Assembly (NCBI RefSeq): GCF_006345805.1
Contig: NC_043002.1
Span: 25,854,001 to 25,918,000, forward strand
Length of the DNA stretch: 64,000 nucleotides
DNA from: Octopus sinensis
Taxonomy: Eukaryota
Direction: 5' to 3'
Position numbers and translations under genes: made by a program. Positions within the stretch are counted from its first letter, which is position 1. Every line of letters begins with the position of its first letter. Shown here in pieces: positions 52,457 through 64,000 of the stretch. The notes below the pieces were generated by a model. That model was not told where the DNA came from, ran no database searches, and worked only from the letters and a program-made list of their open reading frames with translations.

Positions 52457-52723
52457 CTTTTCTCTTTTACTTGTTTCCGTCATTGGACTGCAGCCATGCT
52501 AGAGCACCGCCTTTAGTCGAGTTAATCGACCCCAGGACTTATCCTTTGTAAGTCTAGTACTTATTCTATTGGCCTCTTTTGCTGAGCCGCTAAGTTACGG
52601 GGACTTAAACACACCAGCATCGGTTGACAATCGATATTTGTTGGAGGACAAATACACAAACACACACACAGACGCACGCACACACATACACGCACGCACA
52701 CACAGACGCACGCACACACAGAT

Positions 52724-52759
<36 letters not shown>

Positions 52760-52917
52760 CGGGCTTCTTTCAGTTTCCGTCTAGCAAATCCACTCACAAG
52801 GCGTTGGTCGACCTGAGGTTATAGCAGATGACACTTGCCCAACGTGCCACACAGTGGGACTGAACCCGATACCAAGTGGTTGGTAAGCAACTTACCACAC
52901 AGCCACTCCTGCGCCTA
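52457..52917 (-). mobile_element. Dimeric SINE (C/D)
   Basis: Colinear with 15695-16148. Confidence 0.85.
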
Positions 52918-52919
52918 AT

Positions 52920-52988
<69 letters not shown>

Positions 52989-53729
52989 TAGTTGAAACCT
53001 GTTCGTATTTATTAGTATTTGGTAAGGCTGGCCATCGTAGGTAGAATCCAAAGCTGAATCAGAAGAAAGGAAGCGGTGCTATAGTTTCTTGCAGTTGTTT
53101 TAAAAATAGATGTGCGTAGGATGCGTTCCCATGCAAACTATCGGCAGCCTACATTGAAGTTACGATGTGTTCCATTATCAGGGAAAGAATGAGATAGAGT
53201 CTTAATATGATAAAATGATCTACGAGTTGTGGGAGGTGTAGAGAGGTGAACCTAAAAGGGGAGAGGCAGAGAATACAAGGTCATAATAATAGGAAGATTG
53301 GTAGATTCTAACAAACACAACAAAGGATAAGATATATAACTTCAAGAGTTAGAGGAAGATATATAGAATACATGGCCTATGTCAGTATTGGCAGGGAAGG
53401 GAAATGGTAAATGGGAATGGTGTGAAGAGCAATATGTGTAGCATGCGGACAACTAATGAGGCTAGTAAATTACAATTATCAGCTAGCTAGACATAGACTA
53501 GCCACTGGAGATGGGGGATAATGTGAAGAAAGGGCTTAGAGTTTCAGGCTGGGATGGGGAACGTAAAAAATAAAACATACCTGTGAGCCAAAAGCCGAGG
53601 TGTAAGGTAAGTAAAGATTATGGTAAGTAGAGAAGAGAAGAAACTTAAGTGAGAGGTAATGTAAGTAAATCAGCTGACTACGAAGAGATTCAGCTTTAGA
53701 AGTTTACTGCCAATAAAGCTCCCATTATA

Positions 53730-53958
<229 letters not shown>

Positions 53959-55567
53959 TATGTTCCATTTGTCATGATATGGAAGTTATATATCTATTTC
54001 ATTCTTTCTCTGATAATGGAACACATCGCAACTACATTGTAGGCCGCCGATCGTTTGCATGGAAACACACTATCTGTGCATCTATTTTTAAAACAACTGC
54101 AAGAAACTATTGGCACCCCTTCTTCCCCCTTTCTTCTTATTCAGCTTTGGATCCTACCTACGATGACCAGCTTTACCTAATACCAATATTTCGGATTTAT
54201 AACCATTAGGGACATATTTCACCTGATATTCTATTGAGCCTTTGTGATCTATACTCCTGTAACGACTCAACCCACTTGTTTGAATATATGAATGTCATAT
54301 ATAAATGTTATAATCATATATTATAAAATACCCAAATTTGAAACAGAATTGAAGAAATATTTATGAACACACAGCTCCCAAACTCTACTGGCATAAACAC
54401 AAGAGTTATTATCTTTATGTACTAATTAATTTGCTTATACAACAATTTACACCTAAAGGCAAATATACAGACCAAAAGACTTTACACTTACCCAAATCCT
54501 TTTGTGAACATTAAAGCATAACAGAAACAAATTTTCTATATTTAAACTCCATGACATACCTGACTAATAACCCGTATCATCCAAATAAAAACTGGAAATA
54601 CACTAAATAACTACATGTAAGGAACTGACCAGCTATAACAGATCACCTACTAACATTCTTTTGAGAATCTCCTATTAATAAATTTTTGAGAATCTCCTAT
54701 TAATAAACCTTTACATTGTCAAATCAAAGGATTAAATCCAATAAAACCAAAATTAACTAAAAGTAATGGCACGTCCAATACTTACCTAACAAAGGGGGCA
54801 CACCTAAATATATACAGATGCTTACAAAGGTCTACATGCATGAATAAATTCTAAACAATAGCATAACCTCAAATTTAATCAATAAAAATTTCTCCAAAAC
54901 ACCTCTTTATAACAACCCATTTACCACTCTACCTAATCCTACACGCGCAAGGAAGATTTAAACTCAACTGAGACTATATCAAGCCAAGATTCCTCAGTGC
55001 ATTGCACTGCGACGATGGCTTAACTGGCCAAATCTTTGAAGTCACTGTCAACAATATTCTTGTTTAAGAATAATAAACAGATGTATACATACCTATGGTA
55101 CATGTGTGTTACATATGTGTATGTATATATGTAAATGTTTTTCTATGGTTATATATAATATATAATATATATGCATCTGTCTGTCCGATCGTCCGCCTGT
55201 CAGTCTGTCTGTCTGTATCACTTTCTGTCTGCCTACCTACATATCCATCCATCCATCCATCCACCCACCCATCCATCCATCCATCCATCCATCCATCCAT
55301 CCATCCATCCATCCATCCATCTATCTATCTATCTATCTATATCTCTATCACAATGGACGGACGCTAGTCATATCGGCTCCAAGTAAGTTGGCCACTTTTA
55401 CATGTTTAAAACTCCTTGTTGTCAAATATTTTGTTTTAATCGTTGTGCAAATTCATTCACTAAAAAACCTGAGAATTATTCACGTAGAATTCCGCCCCTG
55501 TATGGGCGAAATTACAAAAAAACTTTCAAAACTTTCGTGGGTTTTTTAGCCATTTTTCATTTTGAAA

Positions 55568-57140
55568 ATGGCAACTAGAAACCACGTGGCTAGCCCGCCA
55601 GTCATGCAGAACGGTAGCAAAACACTATTGCTACCACTAGCTGCTAAACATCGCAGCGTGAACACCGCTGTCACCACCATCACCACCACCAACAACAACA
55701 ACAACAAATCTAACGTCGCATTCACCATCGCCGCGACCAAAGACATTAACTTAGATTTCCCCTCACTCCCCACACCACTGTGATGATGAAAAGGGACAGA
55801 GAAAGGGATTTCAAATGAATACAAACGAAAACATGAATGCCAGCACCACCACCATCACCACCAACAACAACAACAACGAAATTGGCACAAAGCGCCTACC
55901 AAAGACAACACCGCCAACACCAACACCACTACTACGACGTCAAATGCTACATCCAAGCCTTCTGCTGCTAATACCGCCAACACCAACACCACTACCATGA
56001 CTTCAATTAACACTGCCACAATTACACTTCTACTGCCAAATTCAAAACGAATTTTGCGGACGTAACAAAACAAAAAAGAACAATTGTAACATTCACCACA
56101 CAAGAGATAAACCGCACAAAGGCACTCTTCTCCAAAGAGGAGACAAATTGCACCTTCATATTCCACAACACATCGTGGAAAACACGCAAAAAAAAACAAT
56201 AATTTATAAAGTAATAAACAAAAAAACAAGAAGAACAGAAAATGCACCGCAGGAAAAATCGAAAATGCCTTCGTCCTGTATGGGACTCCAAGGATATATC
56301 GTTGGGGAAACAAATTTGGTACAGTCCAAGTACGTTTCCTCAACGAAAGTTTAGCAAAACGTTTTTCCACATTGGAGCTACATTCGGACGACTTGGTAAT
56401 GATACCAGTCTATTTAAACAAAAGGGTCACGAAAGTCCAAATAAAAAACATACCATTGATGTGTCGAAACACAATGGGTGGTCTCTGCCATCTGCTTTGA
56501 AATGTCAGAGACAATGTCAGAGACAAACATCCTGGAAATCGCGGTTCTAGGAGAGAAAGACTATGTGGGCAAATCAATCGAATTCCTGCTTCAATTGGAT
56601 GAAGCAGCAAGAGAGAAGATACCCACCGCTATAGAACTGCCAGAGGCTACAAACTCTATATAGTGGTAGAGGGCAGGCGACCCCACGCTGCTATTTGTGT
56701 GGAAGCGAAACACACTTGAAAAAGACGTGCCCAACCACTGCACACCAAGAGCAACAACAACAACCACTACCACAACCAAAGCACTCCGGAAAAAAGCCAA
56801 CTCTACTACCCACACCACCATCAACACAGAAGACGACAAAGAAGAAGACACCACCAGCTAATCCGTCATCAACCAAAACCACTCGACACCTGGAAAAATA
56901 CCAACACTACCATCAACAGCAAAACCCAAAGGAACAGAAAAACAAAGAAAACACACACAAATGATCCCCCATCCCTTATACCGCACTCAACACACACAAA
57001 CACTCAACAACCAACAACAACGAAAACAACACACAACCACTTACACAGACATACATAGAAGCCCACAACATACCCCTACCCCCTTCTGATTCCTCAGAAA
57101 TTTCGTCGGAAGACGAAACCAGTGAGGAATGGCAAATAGT
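55568..57140 (+). pseudogene. ORF1 (gag-like, CCHC knuckle), frameshifted
   Basis: VEGRRPRCYLCGSETHLKKTCP and acidic SDSS..SSEDE..EEWQIV, homologous to copy c ORF1. Confidence 0.75.
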
Positions 57141-57149
57141 TCTAATAGT

Positions 57150-60100
57150 TAGAAATCATAGCCATAAGCGAGACCAGACTCACAATCCGCGGGCCCTAAA
57201 GACCATGTTTGGCGGACAGTTCAACATTTTTTCCCCCTGTCTGCGAGAATGGGCGGTAGTGGCACCGCGGTACTTTTTCACAAGAGTCTGGATCTCAATG
57301 TAAGGACAATATTCGTAGACCCGGAGGGTAGACTGGTCGTCCTGGATGTCGACGGCAGCAATGGGTGCGCTTTTCGGCTCGTATCAGTTTACGCACCGCC
57401 CTTACAGGTCGCGGCGGATTTCTTTCAACGTCTAGAAGTTTTCTTGGGAACGTCTCGTCCTTTACTCTTAGTGGGGGATTGGAATGCTACCTTGGACACG
57501 CATGTAGACTACGTGGGTAGGATAGGAATAGACGGGGATGCAAATGCCTCAGGACCTGCTCAGACGCTTTCAACTGTCTGACAGTTTCGACTAGACCACC
57601 CGAATGCGCCAACGTGGACATGGAGCAACCGCATCGGGTCGTCGAGATCGTATCTAGATAGGATACTGTGTAGGACAGTAGATAGAGATAGCATAGGATG
57701 TCCACAATTCCACATAGTCAGCTACACGGATCACAAACTTGTGACATGTACGCTAGACTTAGGTAAGACACTTAGGCAGGGTCCGGATACTGGAAACTAA
57801 ACGCGTCTTTCCCATCGAGACAGTTTTCAGAGACCGGATTAGCACACTAGTAAAGAGGGCTTTGACGGGAGCCATCATCAACAACAAATGGTGGTTTGCC
57901 CTCAAGAGAGCAGTAAAAGCAGAAGCGATTAGGTACAGCAAAGCACTAGCCATAGATAGAAATAGAGTAGAGGGTGAGCTAGTTAAGAAGCTAGAAGAGG
58001 CAATTAGAAGCGGCATCGCATCCGACGTTTTGGCGGCGAGGTTGGCCCTCGACCAACACTTCAACGCCAAACACGAAGGATGTGCTGTCAGAGCTAGGAT
58101 GCGTGCTCTAAGGAACGAAGGTGTTGGAGCCGCGAGAGAGGCCCGGGTGGCAGAGGCGCAACAGGGCAACAAAGCCACCATTCGGTCCCTGGTAGATGAA
58201 CAGGGGCGCGAATTGCTCGAGCCAAGTAAAATGTGTGAGGCCTTTCAGCAGCATTTTTCCCGACTGTTCGGAACGAGTGGAGGGCAAGAACGTAGGGTGG
58301 ACTTCAGTGCCTACCTACATAGCCTACCACGACTCTCGACAAGAAAGGCAGGGTGCTGCGAAGGTGCCATCACGGCGGCGGAAGTGCGGGAAGCGATGGC
58401 AGAATGCTCGAGGGACAAATCACCGGGTTTGGATGGTCTACCCTACGAGCTTTACAATTGTATGCCAGACTTGTTTGGAGATCTCTTGGCGGCGGTGTAC
58501 TGCAACTGGCAGCAAAACGGGAGCATTCCTGGTTTTGTGAGCCGAGGAGCCGTAACACTGCTGAAGAAAGATCTAAACAAGGGAAATGTATAGATAACTT
58601 TAGCCCATCACTCTGCTTAATGCAGACTTGAAAATTTTGGCCAAGGTGCTAGCCAAGAGGTTGGCGCTTGTCATCGAGAAACTGGTCGACAAGGCGCAAA
58701 CATGCGCCGTGCCAGGCCGGACCATCCATGACAACCTCCATCTGATGCGCTACATCATAGACAGGGTAGTTAACGAACCTGGCATGGGTGGGGCCCTGAT
58801 CAACTTGGATCAATCAAAGCTTTGATAGGGTAGGGTAGACCATCGATACTTGGAGGCAGTCCTGAGAGCGGCTGGTTTCGGTCCCGTCTTCCGCGGCTGG
58901 ATAGCTGCTTGTACAGAGGCATCCGTTCGGTAATTCGCGTAAATGGACAGCTATCGAGACCTTTCGACATTGCACGTTCGGTCCGTCAGGGATGCCCCCT
59001 CTCGGCGCTTCTATACGTATTGACTCTTGAGCCACTACTGCGGAAGCTGGCGACTCTAAGGGGCATCCCGCGAGAATTGGGATGCGGGACGAGCGTGTCT
59101 GCATACGCGGACGACGTCACCGTCATAGTGTCTAGCCACGAGCACATCGAGCTGGTCGGCGAGACACTGAAAAACTACGAAGCGGTGACAGGAGCGAAAA
59201 TCAACCGGAAAAGTCAGTGGGCTTGCGACTAGGCACCTGGAGAAGCAAGCCCATGCCGTCCACCAGCGCCTCCGTCGGGGACGCTGGACCGACGGCCCGG
59301 TTGAGTTGCTCGGGGTCTGGTTTGGTCCGGACCTCCAAGTGGAGAAGAACTGGAACGAGATAACGAGTAGGGTGGTCACTCTCGCCCGGCAATGGGCCGA
59401 GAGGAAACTGTCCCTAAAAGGTCGAGCGGAGGTGGCGAACACGTACATCGCGTCCGTCATCTACTACCGCCTGACCGTCGTACCTTGTCCCGACCCTACC
59501 ATCACCAAACTACAACGCATCCTCTTTCGCTTCTTGTGGAAAGGATGCGTCCCGATGGTCAGGCGATCCATTTGCTGTCAACACCCGTTAAAAGGAGGGC
59601 TGGGCATGCCGTGGTTGATGATGCGCAGACACGCGCTGAGACTGCGACATCTCTGGCTCTATGTAGACGACGGTGAACAGGTGTGGTCGCCGTTTGTGAG
59701 GCACGCTTTCCCGCAGCTCGTCTCCATGACCGAACTGCAGTCGTGGATCAAAAAGAGGCCGAGGAAGGGCGAATGGCACCGCGAGTGTCGCGTTGCTCTC
59801 AAGCAACTCTGCCGTCCTGGGTCGACCTTAAGTGACTTCAACACAACCAAAGCATTCTATAGGGGTTTAGTGGAGGGGAGGTACGACGACGAGCTCGGGG
59901 CGAACCTGGACGTCGACGAGGAGTACCTGACCCGCCTGTTCGGGACGACTTTCGGGCCAGGGCCCATGGACAACTTCCAGAGATCCCTGGCCTGGCAGTG
60001 CTACCGAGAAGCGCTACCCGTTCGGGATAAGCTCTACAGACACGGCTCGAGAAACACGGGGCCGACCTGCCCGAGATGCGGTCAGAGCGACGAAACCGTT

Positions 60101-60486
60101 CTGCACGCACTCGTTCAGTGTCCAACAATTTCCGACCTGTGGGCTTATGTCGAACAACTGCTGTCACGTGTGGGACGAGTCGGTTTATCAGCTGAGTCTA
60201 TCGTCAATATTGTCACGCCTCCTCCTTCAAACGGGAAGGAAGAGCTATTTTCATCATCCTTGTGGCTATGGCGAAAGAATGTATCTGGTGGACGCGTCTG
60301 AAAGGATTGGAGACAAACACTTTCCTCTCTGGTCAATCTCTCATCAACTTCTTCAAGTACCACTTGAAAAGGAAAGTGAGAGTAGAGAGGCAAGTTTTGT
60401 CTAGCGAATGTTTTAAAAAAAGATGGGTGAATGTAGCAAGAATGGCACGTATGAATGACGAAGCCACCTTGAGCATAGTCCTATGA
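57150..60486 (+). pseudogene. ORF2 (APE endonuclease, RT, CCHC), several frameshifts
   Basis: IIAISETR, VSVYAP, LVGDWNA, SYLDRI, TDHK, GYWKLN, KSPGLDGLP, KILAKVLAKRL, RQGCPLS, YADDVT, CPRCG...ETVLHALVQCP; the first EN motif is missing. Confidence 0.92.
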
Positions 60487-60899
60487 ACCCAGAAATCGAA
60501 AACAGAGTTGCTTATTTGCAAAAAAAAAAAAAAAAAAAAAAAGAAATATAAAATGTGACTTCATTGACCGAGGTTACGTGGTCTTTTCCGCAGGCTTTTT
60601 TCCACGGGTAAACCTCACCTGTCCTCCCCTTTACACTTCATATTGACATTTCTGTGATAACGATCATCATTTTTTTTTCCTCTCCCCCCCCCCTTTTTTT
60701 TTTTTTTTTTTTAACCCCCCTTATTTTTGTCCTCTTTCTCTCCTTTTACGATCCCTTTTGATCGAACCTCCCCTTCCTTTCTTTTTTTTTTTTTTTTTAA
60801 TACCTTCAAAAGAAAAGCTCTACCTTGTAATTTGTTCTATCTGTGTGCAGCCCTGGTGGCTAATAAGAAACATATCTATCTATCTATCTATCTATCTCT

Positions 60900-60973
<74 letters not shown>

Positions 60974-60975
60974 CT

Positions 60976-61033
<58 letters not shown>

Positions 61034-61984
61034 GTCTACTAACTACATATCTTATGCAAATGCATGTGTCTATTTTTTAAATCTGTGTGTATTTATTTAT
61101 AGTTATTGAGAATCTGTACGCAAAGACTGACAACATGAGATATACCGAGATAGAGAGATTAAAGACAAACATGAAAACATGAAAACATGTTATTTCCTGT
61201 CTTCAAACACCGTACGTTACATCTCCCTAAGATATAGTTTTATAAAGATTTATTGCAGGCTGTCATAGTCTGTGAACTTAAGCTGGCAAATACAGACGAA
61301 CGCTTGGTTTAAGAACATTACTTATAACTACCTGACGCCAAGTTCGAGTAGACCGTGCAGATAAAACCTTTCATTGTGCATAAATGAAAATCGGTAGAGG
61401 TAAAGAGCTGAAAACCTGGACGGTCTATGAATTCTTTTTGCTCTTCGGTGGCAGACTTAAATCCTTCGGCTGTTTAAACCTTACCATCTGGTCTCGAGTT
61501 GCCTTTCTCTGTGTGCACACTTTTACGAGCACTAGCATTATGTTGCCAATCTGTATATAACCCTGGAGATGTGGTTTCTTCCCTTCCTTTTCACTGGTGA
61601 CGGAGGCCCTCTAAATTGTAAAACATGTAAATTCTCCCCGGACTAAACTATGGATTATTTCTTCATATTCATCCATCTGTATTACCTTTCTCTGTTTAAC
61701 TCTTTTCCTTTCAACAAATTACCATAAACATATAATACCCCATGATGCTAACTAGAAATAGTTATTCAAACTTAGGAATAAATTTTAAGCTACGTTAGAC
61801 TTTTCTTCTTCCTCACAGCATAAAATTTATTCTGCTTTTGAATTATTTCTATTATGTTCGCCAGCAGACGCATATAATCTTATATTTCTTCATATACTAT
61901 AGTTTTACGAGAAATAATTATATGGTGGAGAAACCAATATTATTAGCATTATTTCTATACGCACGGGCGACAACTCTTGCCATA

Positions 61985-62620
61985 TTTGGATAATTTATAG
62001 TTCGTAATCGGAACACAAGGTTAGAAATTTTGAGCGAATCGATCGATTACATCACCTTCAGTATTTGACTGGTACTTCATTTTATCAACCTCGTAAGAAT
62101 GAAAGGCAAAACTGACCTCGGCGTGATTTGAGCTTAGAATGTGAATAGCCAGAAGAAATGTCTCTTATTATTTTGTCCCGTGCTCTAACGATCCTGCCAA
62201 TCCTCCTCTTATGTTAGGACAATATATTGACCGAAGTCTAGTCAATCAAGTATTAGAGTGTCTTGTGATATACTTTCCTGCTCATTGCGTTCTGAGTTTA
62301 AATCACGACGATGAAAATTCACATTTCGTTCTTTCTTCGCGGATAAAATCAAGTCTCTTCCGCAGTAAATTTTTCGCTTTGTTCTCATGTTAGTAAACAT
62401 TGATATAATTTTATAGGGCAGGAGCAGGAGACATCACCGGACATAGTTGGGTTATATAATGACATTCAGAGTAGTAGGGCATGATTTGTCTAATACTTAA
62501 AGTACAGGAAAATTGTCTTTTTATATTTATTGGTGCTTTTTGCGTTCAAATCAAGCCGAAGTAAACTTGGCATTTCATTTTTCCGAGGTCAATAAAAAGA
62601 GCATCAGTTAATTATTGGGA
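61985..62620. mobile_element. Cluster of old family E SINE remnants on both strands
   Basis: Degenerate GTTCTGAGTTTAAAT and AAAGGCAAAACTGACCTCGGCG segments. Confidence 0.55.
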
Positions 62621-62697
62621 CGAAAACTCTTTTCTCTTCTCCTTCTCTCTCTCTGAATTGGCTACACTATACTGTGAGAAGGACCTCTTTACACACA

Positions 62698-62740
<43 letters not shown>

Positions 62741-62777
62741 CAATATGTACACATAATATACATGCATACATACATAC

Positions 62778-62815
<38 letters not shown>

Positions 62816-62899
62816 TATATATATATAACACGAGAAGACTGTCTTACTTCCGAAGGACTGATAAAAATAGTAGACTAGACAAGAAAAATGAACCCATCA

Positions 62900-63520
62900 A
62901 TGAAAATATTGATAATGCTAAACCGGCTGACGGGACAGGAATAGTTTATAACAGAAGGGACTCAAACACTAACACCTGCAGAACATACATTGTAGTGGGG
63001 ATTGCAATAAAGGGTCAACAGTCGAGGGAAGACAACCTCAATACAAACCTATACCTCCACAAAACAAGGCGCGAGAATCGTTATAAATAGCAACACACAA
63101 ACACCTATGGGTAGGGAGCTAGGGAAAAATAGTATATCGATAGAAAGGAGGCAGCAGAGACATATAGAACACATAAAAGAATACATGAGAAGCAGGGAAT
63201 TAGGTCTCTGTAATTGTACTAAGAATAAAGTATGCCCTTTAAACTTCTAAATAGGGACCAGTTCGCTAAATTTCAAAACAAGACAATCTCACTATTTAAA
63301 TTCAATTATGGATAGATGTAAAATTAAGCAAAGTGATCTGCTCCCTTAAAGATAGAAACCTTAACTTTACCACAGAATGGGAGATATTATGATAGTACGG
63401 CTAAACCACATCGAGCAGAAGGAAATAGATGTTAACTATGTATAGAAGAAATGTACGAAATCTTTATATCGAGACACAAATTACTTATGAGCAAGCTCGA
63501 ACCGGTCTTAAGATAATTAC
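62900..63520 (+). pseudogene. Decayed Naiad-like GIY-YIG endonuclease
   Basis: GIVY....TYIV, LSKVICSLKDRNLNFTTEWEIL and AKPHRAEGNRC*LCIEEM across frameshifts, paralleling 28200-28500. Confidence 0.6.
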
Positions 63521-64000
63521 CTGAACATACCAAGACATTTAAGAAATTTAACACACATTCTAGATTACTCATTATCTCACCCACAAATGGATGATAAAGA
63601 AAGGATGTCCTAAACTCCCCAAATACATGGCCTTTTCTAAACCAACCTAGTATATATTCTTTCTCCTTTCTATTACCTAGCATAAATATCACAGCCACGA
63701 AAATATCTGAATAACTAAGAACATAATATTGAACTGAACCACCTTAAAATAAATTACATTACAAGAACTATACTTGAAAGTAAGGTTTTTAAGTACCTAT
63801 CTACAGCAATATACAAAGAAGCCTGCCAAAACAGTAACTCAAACTTCGACCTAATTAGATAGAATCCCGACTTCGGATAGCAACTGAAGTGAAATCACGG
63901 TCAACCACACAGGCTTACAAACAGATCAGATTTCAGATTCAAAACAATCACCTCTCACTTTCCCTTGAACCCTAACCAACAAACAACTAACTGTATTCAG

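Larger units (their letters stand above)
55346..60871 (+). mobile_element. Tx1-like copy d: near-full-length L1/Tx1-clade LINE inside (TATC)n
   Basis: 5' UTR, ORF1, ORF2 and 3' UTR present; (TCCA)n-(TATC)n upstream and (TATC)n at 60873-61033. Confidence 0.92.

Noticed and set aside
61125-61200. CTGACAA...GAAA-ACATGT-TA motif
   Set aside because: G8 is missing and stems I and II do not pair convincingly.

Overview
An AT-rich, microsatellite-saturated animal genomic window, most likely cephalopod/octopus (inferred from the SINE families, not from any database search). It has no intact host protein-coding gene; nearly all long ORFs in the track are translations of simple repeats. It contains decayed retroelements (Tx1/L1-like, R4/Dong-like, CR1/L2, RTE, Penelope-like of probable Naiad type), at least four tRNA-derived SINE families, Helitron-type and Tc1/mariner remnants, and a MITE. 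Two systems stand out. (1) Four copies of a Tx1-like LINE family all end in (TATC)n, and three of them also start at (TATC)n, suggesting a GATA/TATC-microsatellite-targeting retrotransposon; one copy is an ORF1-only (HAL1-like) derivative with ORF2 almost entirely deleted. (2) At least four unrelated non-coding element families carry type I hammerhead-ribozyme folds, all with a palindromic stem III and mostly in fold-back geometry; one is a ~497-bp tandem-plus-inverted array that resembles a retrozyme/circRNA-derived insertion. All alignments and folds were done by eye, and family names come from recalled motifs that need HMM/Repbase confirmation.
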